Made by a program: the position numbers and the translations under genes. 64,000 nucleotides of DNA from contig CAYIDY010000001.1 of NCBI GenBank assembly GCA_964362305.1, positions 1,526 through 65,525 on the forward strand, written 5' to 3'. This stretch comes from an uncultured Candidatus Saccharibacteria bacterium. GTDB lineage: Bacteria; Patescibacteriota; Minisyncoccia; Phycocordibacterales; UBA2100. Under the pieces are notes generated by a model, which worked only from the letters and a program-made list of their open reading frames with translations, made no database searches and was not told where the DNA came from. Each line of letters starts with the position of its first letter. The stretch's first letter is position 1. Below, in pieces: positions 19,644 through 28,727 of the stretch.

Positions 19644-22258
19644 GCTTTCTTTGCCTTCTTAAGAACTCGTTTCAAATAATATCCCGTATGCGAGCCATCG
19701 GTCTTTGATACTTCTTCAGGCGTTCCTTTTGCGACGATTTTTCCGCCGCCACTCCCGCCTTCCGGTCCCATATCTATAAGATAATCCGCGCATTTCAACA
19801 CATCGAGATTGTGTTCAATAACGACGACGGTGTTTCCGCGTTCAACCAGTTTTTGCAAAATATCGATGAGTTTTGCAACGTCGTCATAGTGCAACCCGAC
19901 GGTCGGTTCGTCTAGAAGGTATATGGATTTGGTGATATGCGGACGATACAGTTCTGACGCGATTTTCACGCGCTGCGCTTCCCCGCCTGACAGTGTCGTC
20001 GCGCTCTGCCCTAGTTCTAAGTATCCAAGCCCGACGTCATCGAGTGTCTTCAGACGATCATGGACTGCGGGAATGTCTTCAAAAAATACCAAGCCTTCCT
20101 CTACTGTCATTTTGAGGACGTCATGAATGCTCTTCTTTTTAAACTTTACATCGAGCGTTTCTTTCATGAATCTTTTTCCGGCACAGACGTCGCACGTCAC
20201 GTATACCGTTGGCAAGAAATGCATTTCAACAGCGACCATGCCGTTCCCCTCGCAGCTTTCGCAGCGACCACCTTTGACGTTAAAACTGAAACGCCCCGGA
20301 CCCCATCCGCGTGCCTTTGACTCTTCACTCATCGCAAACATGTCGCGAATGTGTGTCCACGCGCCAGTGTACGTAGCAGGGTTTGAGCGTGGGGTGCGAC
20401 CAATCGGTGATTGATCAATGAGAATGGAGCGTCCGAGGTACTCTGTGCCAGAGAATTCGGACACATTGTAAATTTTTGCGGTTCTAAATCGTTTATCAAA
20501 TCGTGCCAAAAGGTTGCGATGCAAAATGTCGTACATAAACGTCGATTTGCCCGAACCGGATACACCAGTGATGCACACCAATTTCGACAATGGAATGTCT
20601 ACGTTTACTTTGTTTAAACTGTACTTTGAGGCTCCACGAATTTTTATTTTCCCACGGTCCGCAGTTCGGCGTTTCTCGGGAATTTCGATACGCGCCTCAT
20701 CGCGCAAGTATGCGAGTGTTCGTGAGCCGGACTTGTTCGTTTTTGCCATGAGGAGGTCCTCGAGCCATCCCGACGCGACAATATTGCCTCCATGCACTCC
20801 TGCTCCTGGCCCCAAATCGATTATGTAGTCTGCCGCGTAAATAGTGTCCTCGTCGTGCTCGACAACAAGTACGGTATTTCCCAGCTCGCGAAGGTGTTTC
20901 AACGTCTCTATCAACCGGTCATTGTCCTTTTGGTGCAATCCAATTGTCGGCTCGTCTAACACATAGAGCGCGCCCACGAGGCCGCTTCCCAACTGTGATG
21001 CGAGGCGAATTCTTTGGGCCTCGCCTCCTGAAAGTGTGTTCGCTCGTCGATCGAGCGTCAGATACTCAATCCCGACATCAAGCATGAACTGGAGTCTCGA
21101 AACGATTTCTTTGATAATCACTTTCGAGATTTCTTTTTCGGTATCGGTCATATCCAAATTATCGAAGAACTCCCGAGCTGCAGCGATTGAGAGTGATGTT
21201 ACTTCGACCACATTGTTGCGCTTTTTCCCGCCCTTCTGCTTAAGAAAAACATTCAGTGCCTCTGGGCGCAGGCGTGCACCACTACATGCGTCACATACCT
21301 CGTCGCCGAACAGATACTTCGTGCCAAGTCCGTTACAGGTCGGGCACGCACCATACGGTGAGTTAAACGAGAAGAGTCGCGGCTCGACCTCGGGAAATGA
21401 AAATCCATCATACGCGCACATAAATTTTGCCGACACAATACGCGACTCGCCTTTTGGGTCAACAATCCTAACCAGTCCATCAGCTTCATGAAGAGCACGT
21501 TCAATTGCTTCAGAAGCCCGCTCGCGCGTTCCTTTTGGATCGTCCGAAAACTCGCTGACAAAGATTTCATCGACGATAACATCAATATCGTGTTTGAAGT
21601 GCTTTTTGAGTTCGATGCGCTCTCGCAGCGACTTTTCTTCACCGTCGACAATCACTTTTTCAAACCCTTTGTTCAACATGTCGTAGAGCAGCTGGTAGTA
21701 CTCACCTTTCCGCCCTACAACCACCGGCGCCGTAATGCGTACTTTTTCTTTCGAAACACTTGCTGTAAGTTTGCCCTCGCCTTTTTTGGGTTTGCCATAC
21801 CCTTCGACTGTCTGAAGTACGGTGTTCAAAATTTCCTCGTTCGAAAGTTTGCGCACCTCGCGGTCACAGGTGGGACAGTGCGGATGTCCAACGCGTGAAT
21901 ACAGCACGCGCAGGTAATCATAAATTTCCGTGATAGTTGCAACTGTAGAGCGCGGGTTGTTGGAGCGACTTTTTTGATCGATTGAAATAGCTGGTGATAG
22001 GCCCGAAATCTCATCAACGTCGGGTTTTTGCATTTGTCGCAAAAATTGTCGCGCGTAGGCAGACAGTGACTCGACGTACTTTCGCTGCCCTTCTGCGAAA
22101 ATCGTGTCGAACGCGAGGGATGACTTGCCACTTCCGGAAAGACCCGTAAACACAATCATTTTCCCGCGCGGCATCTCAACCGAGACGTTCTTGAGATTGT
22201 GCGTGCGGGCACCTTTTACGATGATTTTTCCTTCATTGAAGTCTTTTGATTGAGCCAT
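19640..22258 (-). CDS. uvrA: Excinuclease ABC subunit A
   Basis: GLSGSGKSSLAFDTIFAEGQR, two LSGGEAQR signatures, Zn fingers. Confidence 0.98.
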   Translation of the reverse strand: MAQSKDFNEGKIIVKGARTHNLKNVSVEMPRGKMIVFTGLSGSGKSSLAFDTIFAEGQRKYVESLSAYARQFLRQMQKPDVDEISGLSPAISIDQKSRSNNPRSTVATITEIYDYLRVLYSRVGHPHCPTCDREVRKLSNEEILNTVLQTVEGYGKPKKGEGKLTASVSKEKVRITAPVVVGRKGEYYQLLYDMLNKGFEKVIVDGEEKSLRERIELKKHFKHDIDVIVDEIFVSEFSDDPKGTRERASEAIERALHEADGLVRIVDPKGESRIVSAKFMCAYDGFSFPEVEPRLFSFNSPYGACPTCNGLGTKYLFGDEVCDACSGARLRPEALNVFLKQKGGKKRNNVVEVTSLSIAAAREFFDNLDMTDTEKEISKVIIKEIVSRLQFMLDVGIEYLTLDRRANTLSGGEAQRIRLASQLGSGLVGALYVLDEPTIGLHQKDNDRLIETLKHLRELGNTVLVVEHDEDTIYAADYIIDLGPGAGVHGGNIVASGWLEDLLMAKTNKSGSRTLAYLRDEARIEIPEKRRTADRGKIKIRGASKYSLNKVNVDIPLSKLVCITGVSGSGKSTFMYDILHRNLLARFDKRFRTAKIYNVSEFSGTEYLGRSILIDQSPIGRTPRSNPATYTGAWTHIRDMFAMSEESKARGWGPGRFSFNVKGGRCESCEGNGMVAVEMHFLPTVYVTCDVCAGKRFMKETLDVKFKKKSIHDVLKMTVEEGLVFFEDIPAVHDRLKTLDDVGLGYLELGQSATTLSGGEAQRVKIASELYRPHITKSIYLLDEPTVGLHYDDVAKLIDILQKLVERGNTVVVIEHNLDVLKCADYLIDMGPEGGSGGGKIVAKGTPEEVSKTDGSHTGYYLKRVLKKAKKA

Positions 22259-22329
22259 ATGGGTTCGCCCCCCGCTTTACGCTAAGGGGTAGGTGGCGCG
22301 AGTATACCACAGACGGTATGATTACTCAC

Positions 22330-22551
22330 ATGGTTGAGGGACTGCCCGTACTATGGATTTGGGAGTGGGAGCTACAGACACAGCTCTGGTTTCTGGGCGG
22401 CGTAGTCGTCTACTTTATTCCGGCAATCGTCGCCTTTATTTTACGACGCAAGGATTGGCCGGGAATGCTTTTGTTCAATCTGCTCATCGGCTGGACAGTG
22501 ATGGGTTGGTTTCTTGTATTAAATTGGGTTGTTGGGAACTCGTCTTCGTAG
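22330..22551 (+). CDS. Superinfection immunity (T4 Imm-like) membrane protein
   Basis: YFIPAIVA...FNLLIGWTVMGW...W matches the Imm_superinfect pattern; TATGAT 7 nt before ATG 22330. Confidence 0.8.
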   Translation: MVEGLPVLWIWEWELQTQLWFLGGVVVYFIPAIVAFILRRKDWPGMLLFNLLIGWTVMGWFLVLNWVVGNSSS

Positions 22552-22554
22552 TGC

Positions 22555-23475
22555 TCAAAAAATAACAGCTTCTTCTGAAAGCTCGATTCCAAACTCCCGG
22601 CGAACAGCTTGTTTAATGTTCTCCGCAAGCTCTTTCACGTCGCGTGCTGTAGCGTTGCCCGCATTCATCAAATAATTTGGATGTTGCTCGCTGGCCATCG
22701 CGTCTCCGACGCGAGCCCCTTTCATGCCTGCTTTTTCGATGAGCCAGCCTGCTGGCACCCTCCCTTCGCGCGATTGAACACCTTTTTCCTTCTCAAACAT
22801 TTCGCGCACAGCGCTCGGCGCTACCGGATTCATGAAGTACGAGCCTGCAGCCCGTACATTTTGGATGTGTCGACGTTCTCGCTCCCTGATGGTTTCTTCT
22901 ATTGACGCCACCGCTTTTTCATTTTCTACGCGTGCAAGTCTCACTTGCACAAAGGTGATGACCCACTCAGGATTCTTTTTGAAAAAACTGTTGCGATAGG
23001 CAAACTCACATTCGTTCATTTGAAACTCGCGCACTTCGAAGGTGTGTATATTGAGCGCCTTTGCATACAAGAGCACATCTTTAATTTCAGTTCCAAAAGC
23101 ACCGGCATTGCCGCGCACCGCGCCGCCAATCGTGCCTGGAATGCCGGCCAGTTTTTCCCATCCACCTATTCCAAGTACTGCAGTTTTTTTAATGAGTTCA
23201 AGCAAGTTGCACCCGCTTTCTGCCTCTAGGTCGTTGCCCGACACGCTCCATTTATTCATGGCAACGTCAATGACAAGTGCCTCAAGAGTATTATCCGGAA
23301 TCAATACATTGCTTCCGCCAGCCAATATGACATGAGGCACTCCTTTGGAGCGTGCCCAAAGGAGTGCCTCACGAAGTTCGCCTTCATTTTTAATTTCGAC
23401 AAAATACCGTGCATCACCACCAATCTCAAAAGTGGTGCGTGGGGCAAGTGGAATTTTTTCTTGAATGTTTAACAT
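22555..23475 (-). CDS. murB: UDP-N-acetylenolpyruvoylglucosamine reductase
   Basis: GGSNVL, GIPGTIGGAVRGNAGAFG, FAYRNSFFK, AGSYFMNP, HPNYLMN. Confidence 0.95.
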   Translation of the reverse strand: MLNIQEKIPLAPRTTFEIGGDARYFVEIKNEGELREALLWARSKGVPHVILAGGSNVLIPDNTLEALVIDVAMNKWSVSGNDLEAESGCNLLELIKKTAVLGIGGWEKLAGIPGTIGGAVRGNAGAFGTEIKDVLLYAKALNIHTFEVREFQMNECEFAYRNSFFKKNPEWVITFVQVRLARVENEKAVASIEETIRERERRHIQNVRAAGSYFMNPVAPSAVREMFEKEKGVQSREGRVPAGWLIEKAGMKGARVGDAMASEQHPNYLMNAGNATARDVKELAENIKQAVRREFGIELSEEAVIF

Positions 23476-23593
23476 GGTTGACAAATCCCTTCCTCATGGC
23501 ATCATGCGATGCGGACTCTGGTTGGGGGCAGGTATGTATCTTCGCATATTCGCGCTTGTACTGCATTTCTACCCTCAACCAGAGGAGAGTCAG

Positions 23594-23755
23594 ATGACAG
23601 TAGATCTGATAGCAAATCTCGCTATCGTTGCGTCAGTCATTGCAGCATGTTTCTCAGTGGCAGGATTATTAAAAGGAGATCTCTTCGGAGCATTGCTTTT
23701 GATTACATCCGCCTACGGGTTCGTCAGTTTGGCTGAAGCGATTTGCACGGTATAG
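23594..23755 (+). CDS. 53-aa hydrophobic two-TM small protein
   Basis: AGAGGAG SD before ATG; MTVDLIANLAIVASVIAACFSVAGLLKGDLFGALLLITSAYGFVSLAEAICTV. Confidence 0.55.
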   Translation: MTVDLIANLAIVASVIAACFSVAGLLKGDLFGALLLITSAYGFVSLAEAICTV

Positions 23756-23826
23756 CGGTTGGGGCCGGCATCCGAAAGGAGGTAACGCCGGCTCTCCTCA
23801 TTTCTCACTTTCCACCATACGCAATC

Positions 23827-23847
23827 ATGCAAGGCTAAGCCTTGCAT
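23827..23847. repeat. Dispersed palindrome, copy 1
   Basis: ATGCAAGGCT-A-AGCCTTGCAT. Confidence 0.7.
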
Positions 23848-23885
23848 TAGGGCTTGGTGGCGAATCGATTTAAGTCGTATTTTTG

Positions 23886-25982
23886 CTATTTGCGGGATTT
23901 TCGCCCTTTGAGCGGGACTGTGCTACTCAGTATCTTCTCGTCTTTATTCGCCTTCTTTGGTCTGTCACTTTTGTCGGCCTTCTCTTCCTCAAGTTTTCGA
24001 ATCTCATCGCGCAAAAGTGCTGCGGTTTCAAAATCCAATCGGTCAGCTGCCTCATGCATCTGTCTTCGTTTCTCTTTCAGAAGCTTTGCGATGTCTCCAC
24101 CAAACGCGGCGCGGTCCAAACTGGTAAGTTCTTGAATCGCTCGGTTTCTCGCTCGTTGGATGTCGCCGACAATGTCGTGAATACGCTTCTTAACAGTCGT
24201 CGGAGTAATTCCATGCTTCGTGTTATAAGCAACTTGCTTCTCGCGACGACGATTTGTTTCCCCTATTGCGCGCTCCATCGAGCCCGTCATACCATCCGCA
24301 TACAGAATCACACGACCATTCACATTTCGCGCAGCGCGCCCAATGGTTTGAATCAGCGAGGTCTGACTGCGTAGGAACCCTTCTTTGTCTGCATCAAGAA
24401 TTCCTACGAGCTCTACTTCAGGTAAGTCCAATCCTTCTCGGAGCAAGTTAACGCCCACTAACACATCAAATGTTCCTTTACGGAAATCAGTAAGAATTTC
24501 AATTCGCTCGATAGTTTTGATATCGCTATGTATGTACCGAGCTTTAATACCCTTCTCAATCAAAAACTGCGCTAAGTCTTCCGCCATCTTTTTTGTGAGA
24601 ACGGTCACCATTGAGCGAGCGTCTTTCTTCGTGACAATCTCCGCTTCACGTATGAAGTCTTTGACTTGTCCGACATACTCATCTTTCGCCACTATTGGCC
24701 GTACTATGATTTCAGGGTCAATAAGTCCCGTCGGACGAATAATCATTTCTACTGGCTTTCCACCCTTCACTAGCTCGTATTCCGCTGGTGTCGCACTGGT
24801 ATAAATCGTCTGTCCAGTATTCTGAACAAATTCCTCAAATTTTAAAGGACGGTTGTCCACGCAGCTGGGAAGACGAAAACCGTGTTCGGTCAGTGTCAGT
24901 TTGCGTGAGCGGTCTCCCGAATACATTGCGCCAATCTGCGACACGGTCACGTGCGATTCATCGATAATGGTGAGGAAATCTGGCGTGCCGTCCGGCTTGT
25001 GCGGAAAATAGCTGAGAAGCGTGTACGGCGGCTCTCCCGGCGCGCGTCGGTCAAAGTGGCGCGAGTAGTTTTCAATTCCGTTGCAGTAGCCAAATTCGCG
25101 AATCATCGAAATATCCTGGCGCGTGCGCCGCTTGAGGCGCTCGTGCTCCAATATCTTCCCTTCTGCCTGGAGCTCCTTCAATCTCTCTGCCAATTCTGCT
25201 TCCATATCGGCGAGCGCAGCGTCGGTGACGTCTTGTGGCGTCACGTAATGGCGTGCAGGAAAGATGAAGACACCATGTTCTTCTTTTTTAATAACGCGCG
25301 TAATCGGATCCATTTCCTCTATTTTGCTTATTGCACCACCGCCAAGATGAATGCGATACACAATACGCTCGTTTGCCGGCATGACTTCCACGCGCTCGCC
25401 AAGAGCGCGAAAGGTTCCGGGCGACAAATCGCCGGGCGTTCGTTCAAAATGCATGGCGACCAATTTTCGTGTGAGGGATGCGCGCGTCATCGTTTCCCCA
25501 ACATTCAATTTAAGATTCACTTTTTCGTATTCTATCGGCGAGCCCAAGCCGTAAATACAAGACACTGATGCGACAATGATGACGTCGTCGCGGGTAAGAA
25601 GCGCCTGCGTCGCGGCGTGACGCAACCGCTCGATATCCTCGTTAATCATGGCCTCTTTCTCGATGTACGTGTCGGAAACCGGCACGTACGCTTCCGGTTG
25701 GTAGTAGTCGTAATACGAGACGAAATAATGCACAGCGTTGTTCGGGAAAAATTCGCGATATTCCGCCGCCAATTGAGCGGCGAGTGTTTTGTTGTGCGCT
25801 ATGACGAGTGTTGGCTTCCCCCATTCGTGAATGATATTTGCCATGGTGTACGTCTTGCCGGAGCCGGTGACACCAAGAAGTGTCTGGTCGCGTTTGCCTT
25901 CCCGCAAGCCATCCATAAGTGCAGTAATGGCGTGTGGCTGGTCTCCGGAAGGTGTGTACGCGCTTTCTAGTTGGAATGACAT
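23886..25982 (-). CDS. uvrB: Excinuclease ABC subunit B
   Basis: LGVTGSGKT, YYDYYQPEAY, DESH, LLREGLDLPEV, QTIGRAARN, UVR domain. Confidence 0.98.
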   Translation of the reverse strand: MSFQLESAYTPSGDQPHAITALMDGLREGKRDQTLLGVTGSGKTYTMANIIHEWGKPTLVIAHNKTLAAQLAAEYREFFPNNAVHYFVSYYDYYQPEAYVPVSDTYIEKEAMINEDIERLRHAATQALLTRDDVIIVASVSCIYGLGSPIEYEKVNLKLNVGETMTRASLTRKLVAMHFERTPGDLSPGTFRALGERVEVMPANERIVYRIHLGGGAISKIEEMDPITRVIKKEEHGVFIFPARHYVTPQDVTDAALADMEAELAERLKELQAEGKILEHERLKRRTRQDISMIREFGYCNGIENYSRHFDRRAPGEPPYTLLSYFPHKPDGTPDFLTIIDESHVTVSQIGAMYSGDRSRKLTLTEHGFRLPSCVDNRPLKFEEFVQNTGQTIYTSATPAEYELVKGGKPVEMIIRPTGLIDPEIIVRPIVAKDEYVGQVKDFIREAEIVTKKDARSMVTVLTKKMAEDLAQFLIEKGIKARYIHSDIKTIERIEILTDFRKGTFDVLVGVNLLREGLDLPEVELVGILDADKEGFLRSQTSLIQTIGRAARNVNGRVILYADGMTGSMERAIGETNRRREKQVAYNTKHGITPTTVKKRIHDIVGDIQRARNRAIQELTSLDRAAFGGDIAKLLKEKRRQMHEAADRLDFETAALLRDEIRKLEEEKADKSDRPKKANKDEKILSSTVPLKGRKSRK

Positions 25983-26056
25983 CGCATGAGTGTGCCGTAT
26001 CTACGCGAACTCCGCAATCACGTTGCGTAATAAACTATGTATGTAACTATAGTGAC

Positions 26057-26332
26057 ATGAATAAAGAAAGGTACTCGTTCCCGGAACCCGAAGGTGTGGA
26101 GCATCACCGAATGATGCCTGGAGAATCAATTACTCCGTATGAGAAGCAAGAGCGTGATAAGTCTGCGAAGCATGCAGACACACTTGTAAAAAAAGCCGAT
26201 GAGTCTGCCCTGAAGAATGGACGTGCACTCAATGAGGAAGAGAAGAAAGCCATTTGGCAGGAGGCATTTCTGAAAGCCGAAAAAGCGCGTCTCGTCAGAG
26301 AAAAAAAGCCCGACACGAGTCGTGACTATTAG
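26057..26332 (+). CDS. Hypothetical charged protein (91 aa)
   Basis: ORF fills the gap between uvrB and tyrS. Confidence 0.6.
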   Translation: MNKERYSFPEPEGVEHHRMMPGESITPYEKQERDKSAKHADTLVKKADESALKNGRALNEEEKKAIWQEAFLKAEKARLVREKKPDTSRDY

Positions 26333-26338
26333 CGCTGA

Positions 26339-27595
26339 TTACGCAAGGGTGAGTACACTCACGGTGCGCTTCCCTCGCTTAAGAAGCGCTACAGAAGCAC
26401 TCTCAAAATCTTCTTTCATGACCAGGCGATTTGTATCTGACACCTTCGCTCCGTTCAAGGTAATTGCCCCATCTTCGGTAAATTGACGCGCTTCGCGTTT
26501 CGATGATGCAAGATTCGCGCGAACTAGAACATCTGCCAACAATTCCCCTAGTTTTACCTCGCAGGACGGAGCCTCTTGTTTCAAAAGTTCAATGTCTTTT
26601 TTAGTTAGATTTTCAACCGCGTTCACATCACCAACAAAAAGAACCGATGATATTTTGCCTACAGCTACCGCTGTTTCCGTACCATGAACGAGCTCTGTAA
26701 CGCTATGAGCAAGTGCTCTTTGCGCATTGCGACGTTCGGGATGCTCTCGATGATCATTTAACCATCTCTCGATTTCGGATTTCGGAAGCAATGTCATCTT
26801 GAACAAGAGCTCCTCAACCATCTCGTCGTCGACATTAAGCCAAAATTGATAGAACTGAAACGGCGACGTCTTTTTTGCATCAAGCCACACCGCATTTCCT
26901 TCCGATTTTCCAAATTTCTTGCCGGCTTTATCCACAAGCAGTGGCCACGACAGCGCGTACGCTTTGTTTCCCATCTTGCGTCGAATAAGCTCTACTCCTG
27001 AAATAATATTTCCCCACTGGTCGGAGCCGCCGACTTGTAAGTCGCATCCATAACGCTTGTTCAATTCAAGGAAGTCGTATGCCTGCAGGAGCATGTATGA
27101 GAATTCGGTGTACGAGATACTTTGGTCGGGCGTCTCGAGGCGTGGACGAACGGTGTCGCGTTTTATCATTTCATTGACGGTGAAATGCTTGCCGATATCG
27201 CGCAAAAACTCCATGTAGTTAATCTTATGAAGCCATTCAGCATTGTTAACCATTTCAAACTCGACGCCGCCGAGAAGCTGTGAAAATTGTGCGCGCAGCG
27301 CCATTGCATTTGCAGCGACGGTTTCTTCTGAGAGTAGGTTGCGCTCAGCGCTTTTGCCGCCAGGGTCTCCTACCATTCCCGTTCCTCCTCCAACGATAAC
27401 TATAAGCATATGCCCGGCATCGACGAATCGGCGAAGGACGAGCATGCCCATCAATTGGCCGGCGTGCATAGAATCTGCCGTAGGGTCAACACCTAAATAG
27501 AGCGTACGCTTCTCGCCATCTACTATCTCCTCCAAGCTCTCTGCCGAGAACTGATACACGTACCCCCGTTCCTTTAGTACCTCTGACAGCTTCAT
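26339..27595 (-). CDS. tyrS: Tyrosine--tRNA ligase
   Basis: DPTADSMHAGQ, EFSYMLLQAYDF, GGSDQWGN, KFGKS, C-terminal S4 domain. Confidence 0.97.
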   Translation of the reverse strand: MKLSEVLKERGYVYQFSAESLEEIVDGEKRTLYLGVDPTADSMHAGQLMGMLVLRRFVDAGHMLIVIVGGGTGMVGDPGGKSAERNLLSEETVAANAMALRAQFSQLLGGVEFEMVNNAEWLHKINYMEFLRDIGKHFTVNEMIKRDTVRPRLETPDQSISYTEFSYMLLQAYDFLELNKRYGCDLQVGGSDQWGNIISGVELIRRKMGNKAYALSWPLLVDKAGKKFGKSEGNAVWLDAKKTSPFQFYQFWLNVDDEMVEELLFKMTLLPKSEIERWLNDHREHPERRNAQRALAHSVTELVHGTETAVAVGKISSVLFVGDVNAVENLTKKDIELLKQEAPSCEVKLGELLADVLVRANLASSKREARQFTEDGAITLNGAKVSDTNRLVMKEDFESASVALLKRGKRTVSVLTLA

Positions 27596-27727
27596 GGCGG
27601 AAATATAGCACAAAAAAGTGGCGCTCGACCTACAGAAGGGAGCGCCAAGTGTGCCTCAGGAACGGAGGGGTATCCTGAGGGTGTCGGTAGACTATTCCGA
27701 ATGTAGAAATAGACAATATGGACACGG

Positions 27728-28120
27728 CTAACTATCTGTGTCGCGTAGGTGTTCTCGAAATCGGACCTCGTCCTCATCCATCCCGAAATGGTGCGCGTAT
27801 TCATGCCAAATAGTCTCGGCAACGACCTCTCGTACATCTTTACCATCTTCTTCCGCGGCTTCTAAAATTGGCTTTATATACAGCGTAATAGTGTCCGGCA
27901 TTGTTACGCCAACACCATACATTTCCCCTCTTTCTGAAAGTGGAATTCCTTGATAGTAACCGAGCAGTGTCTCATCCACGCCCAAATTTTCACGCTTTCG
28001 AACCTCCTCAGTCGGCTCGTCTTCAACTAAAAGTGCAACGTTCTTAATCTTCGCTTGCACCCACTCGGGCAGGCGCGAATACCCTTCCTCTGCCAGTTTC
28101 TCAAATTCTTCGCGAGTCAT
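27728..28120 (-). CDS. Zincin-like (minimal) metallopeptidase family protein
   Basis: LLGYYQGIP...PDTITLY...HEYAHHFG. Confidence 0.88.
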   Translation of the reverse strand: MTREEFEKLAEEGYSRLPEWVQAKIKNVALLVEDEPTEEVRKRENLGVDETLLGYYQGIPLSERGEMYGVGVTMPDTITLYIKPILEAAEEDGKDVREVVAETIWHEYAHHFGMDEDEVRFREHLRDTDS

Positions 28121-28127
28121 TTGGCGA

Positions 28128-28667
28128 TTATGCTTCAAGATTAACCAATTGCGCAAATCGCTTCCGTACCTTCTCAATCTTTGGCTCGATAATTACTTGG
28201 CAATACGGTGCCGATGTATTGCTTTTGAAGTAATCCTGGTGGTAACTTTCGGCCGCGTAAAACGCCTCAAACGGAACGAGTTGTGTAACGACGCGCGTGC
28301 CATCTTTCAGTGATTCATTTACTTCGTGAATGATTTTCTCGGCGACTCGTTTTTCGTCCTCGTTGTTGTAAAATATGACGGAGCGATATTGCTCGCCAAC
28401 GTCGGCGCCTTGCCTATTGGGCGTCGTTGGATCATGGGAGCCGAAAAATACCGTCAGCAGATCTTCGTAAGAAATTTGTGCGGGGTCATAAGTAACACGA
28501 ATCACCTCGGCATGCCCTGTCGCCCCACCCGAGACTTGCTCATACGAAGGATTTTCTTTAGCGCCGCCGGCGTATCCTGACTCGACATTTGAAACGCCGC
28601 GCAACATACGAAAAACCGCCTCCGTACACCAAAAACATCCACCACCAAATACCACCTGCTTGTTCAT
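28128..28667 (-). CDS. msrA: Peptide-methionine (S)-S-oxide reductase
   Basis: GGGCFWC, GHAEV, AESYHQDY. Confidence 0.96.
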   Translation of the reverse strand: MNKQVVFGGGCFWCTEAVFRMLRGVSNVESGYAGGAKENPSYEQVSGGATGHAEVIRVTYDPAQISYEDLLTVFFGSHDPTTPNRQGADVGEQYRSVIFYNNEDEKRVAEKIIHEVNESLKDGTRVVTQLVPFEAFYAAESYHQDYFKSNTSAPYCQVIIEPKIEKVRKRFAQLVNLEA

Positions 28668-28727
28668 AAAGAAAAGTATATACCCATATCGCTAATTCTC
28701 TATACAACGACATGATAAACTTTATTC

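Noticed and set aside
27600-27727. T-box leader for tyrS
   Set aside because: Two hairpins are present but there is no T-box motif, and TATATT lies 6 nt before the tyrS ATG (leaderless)
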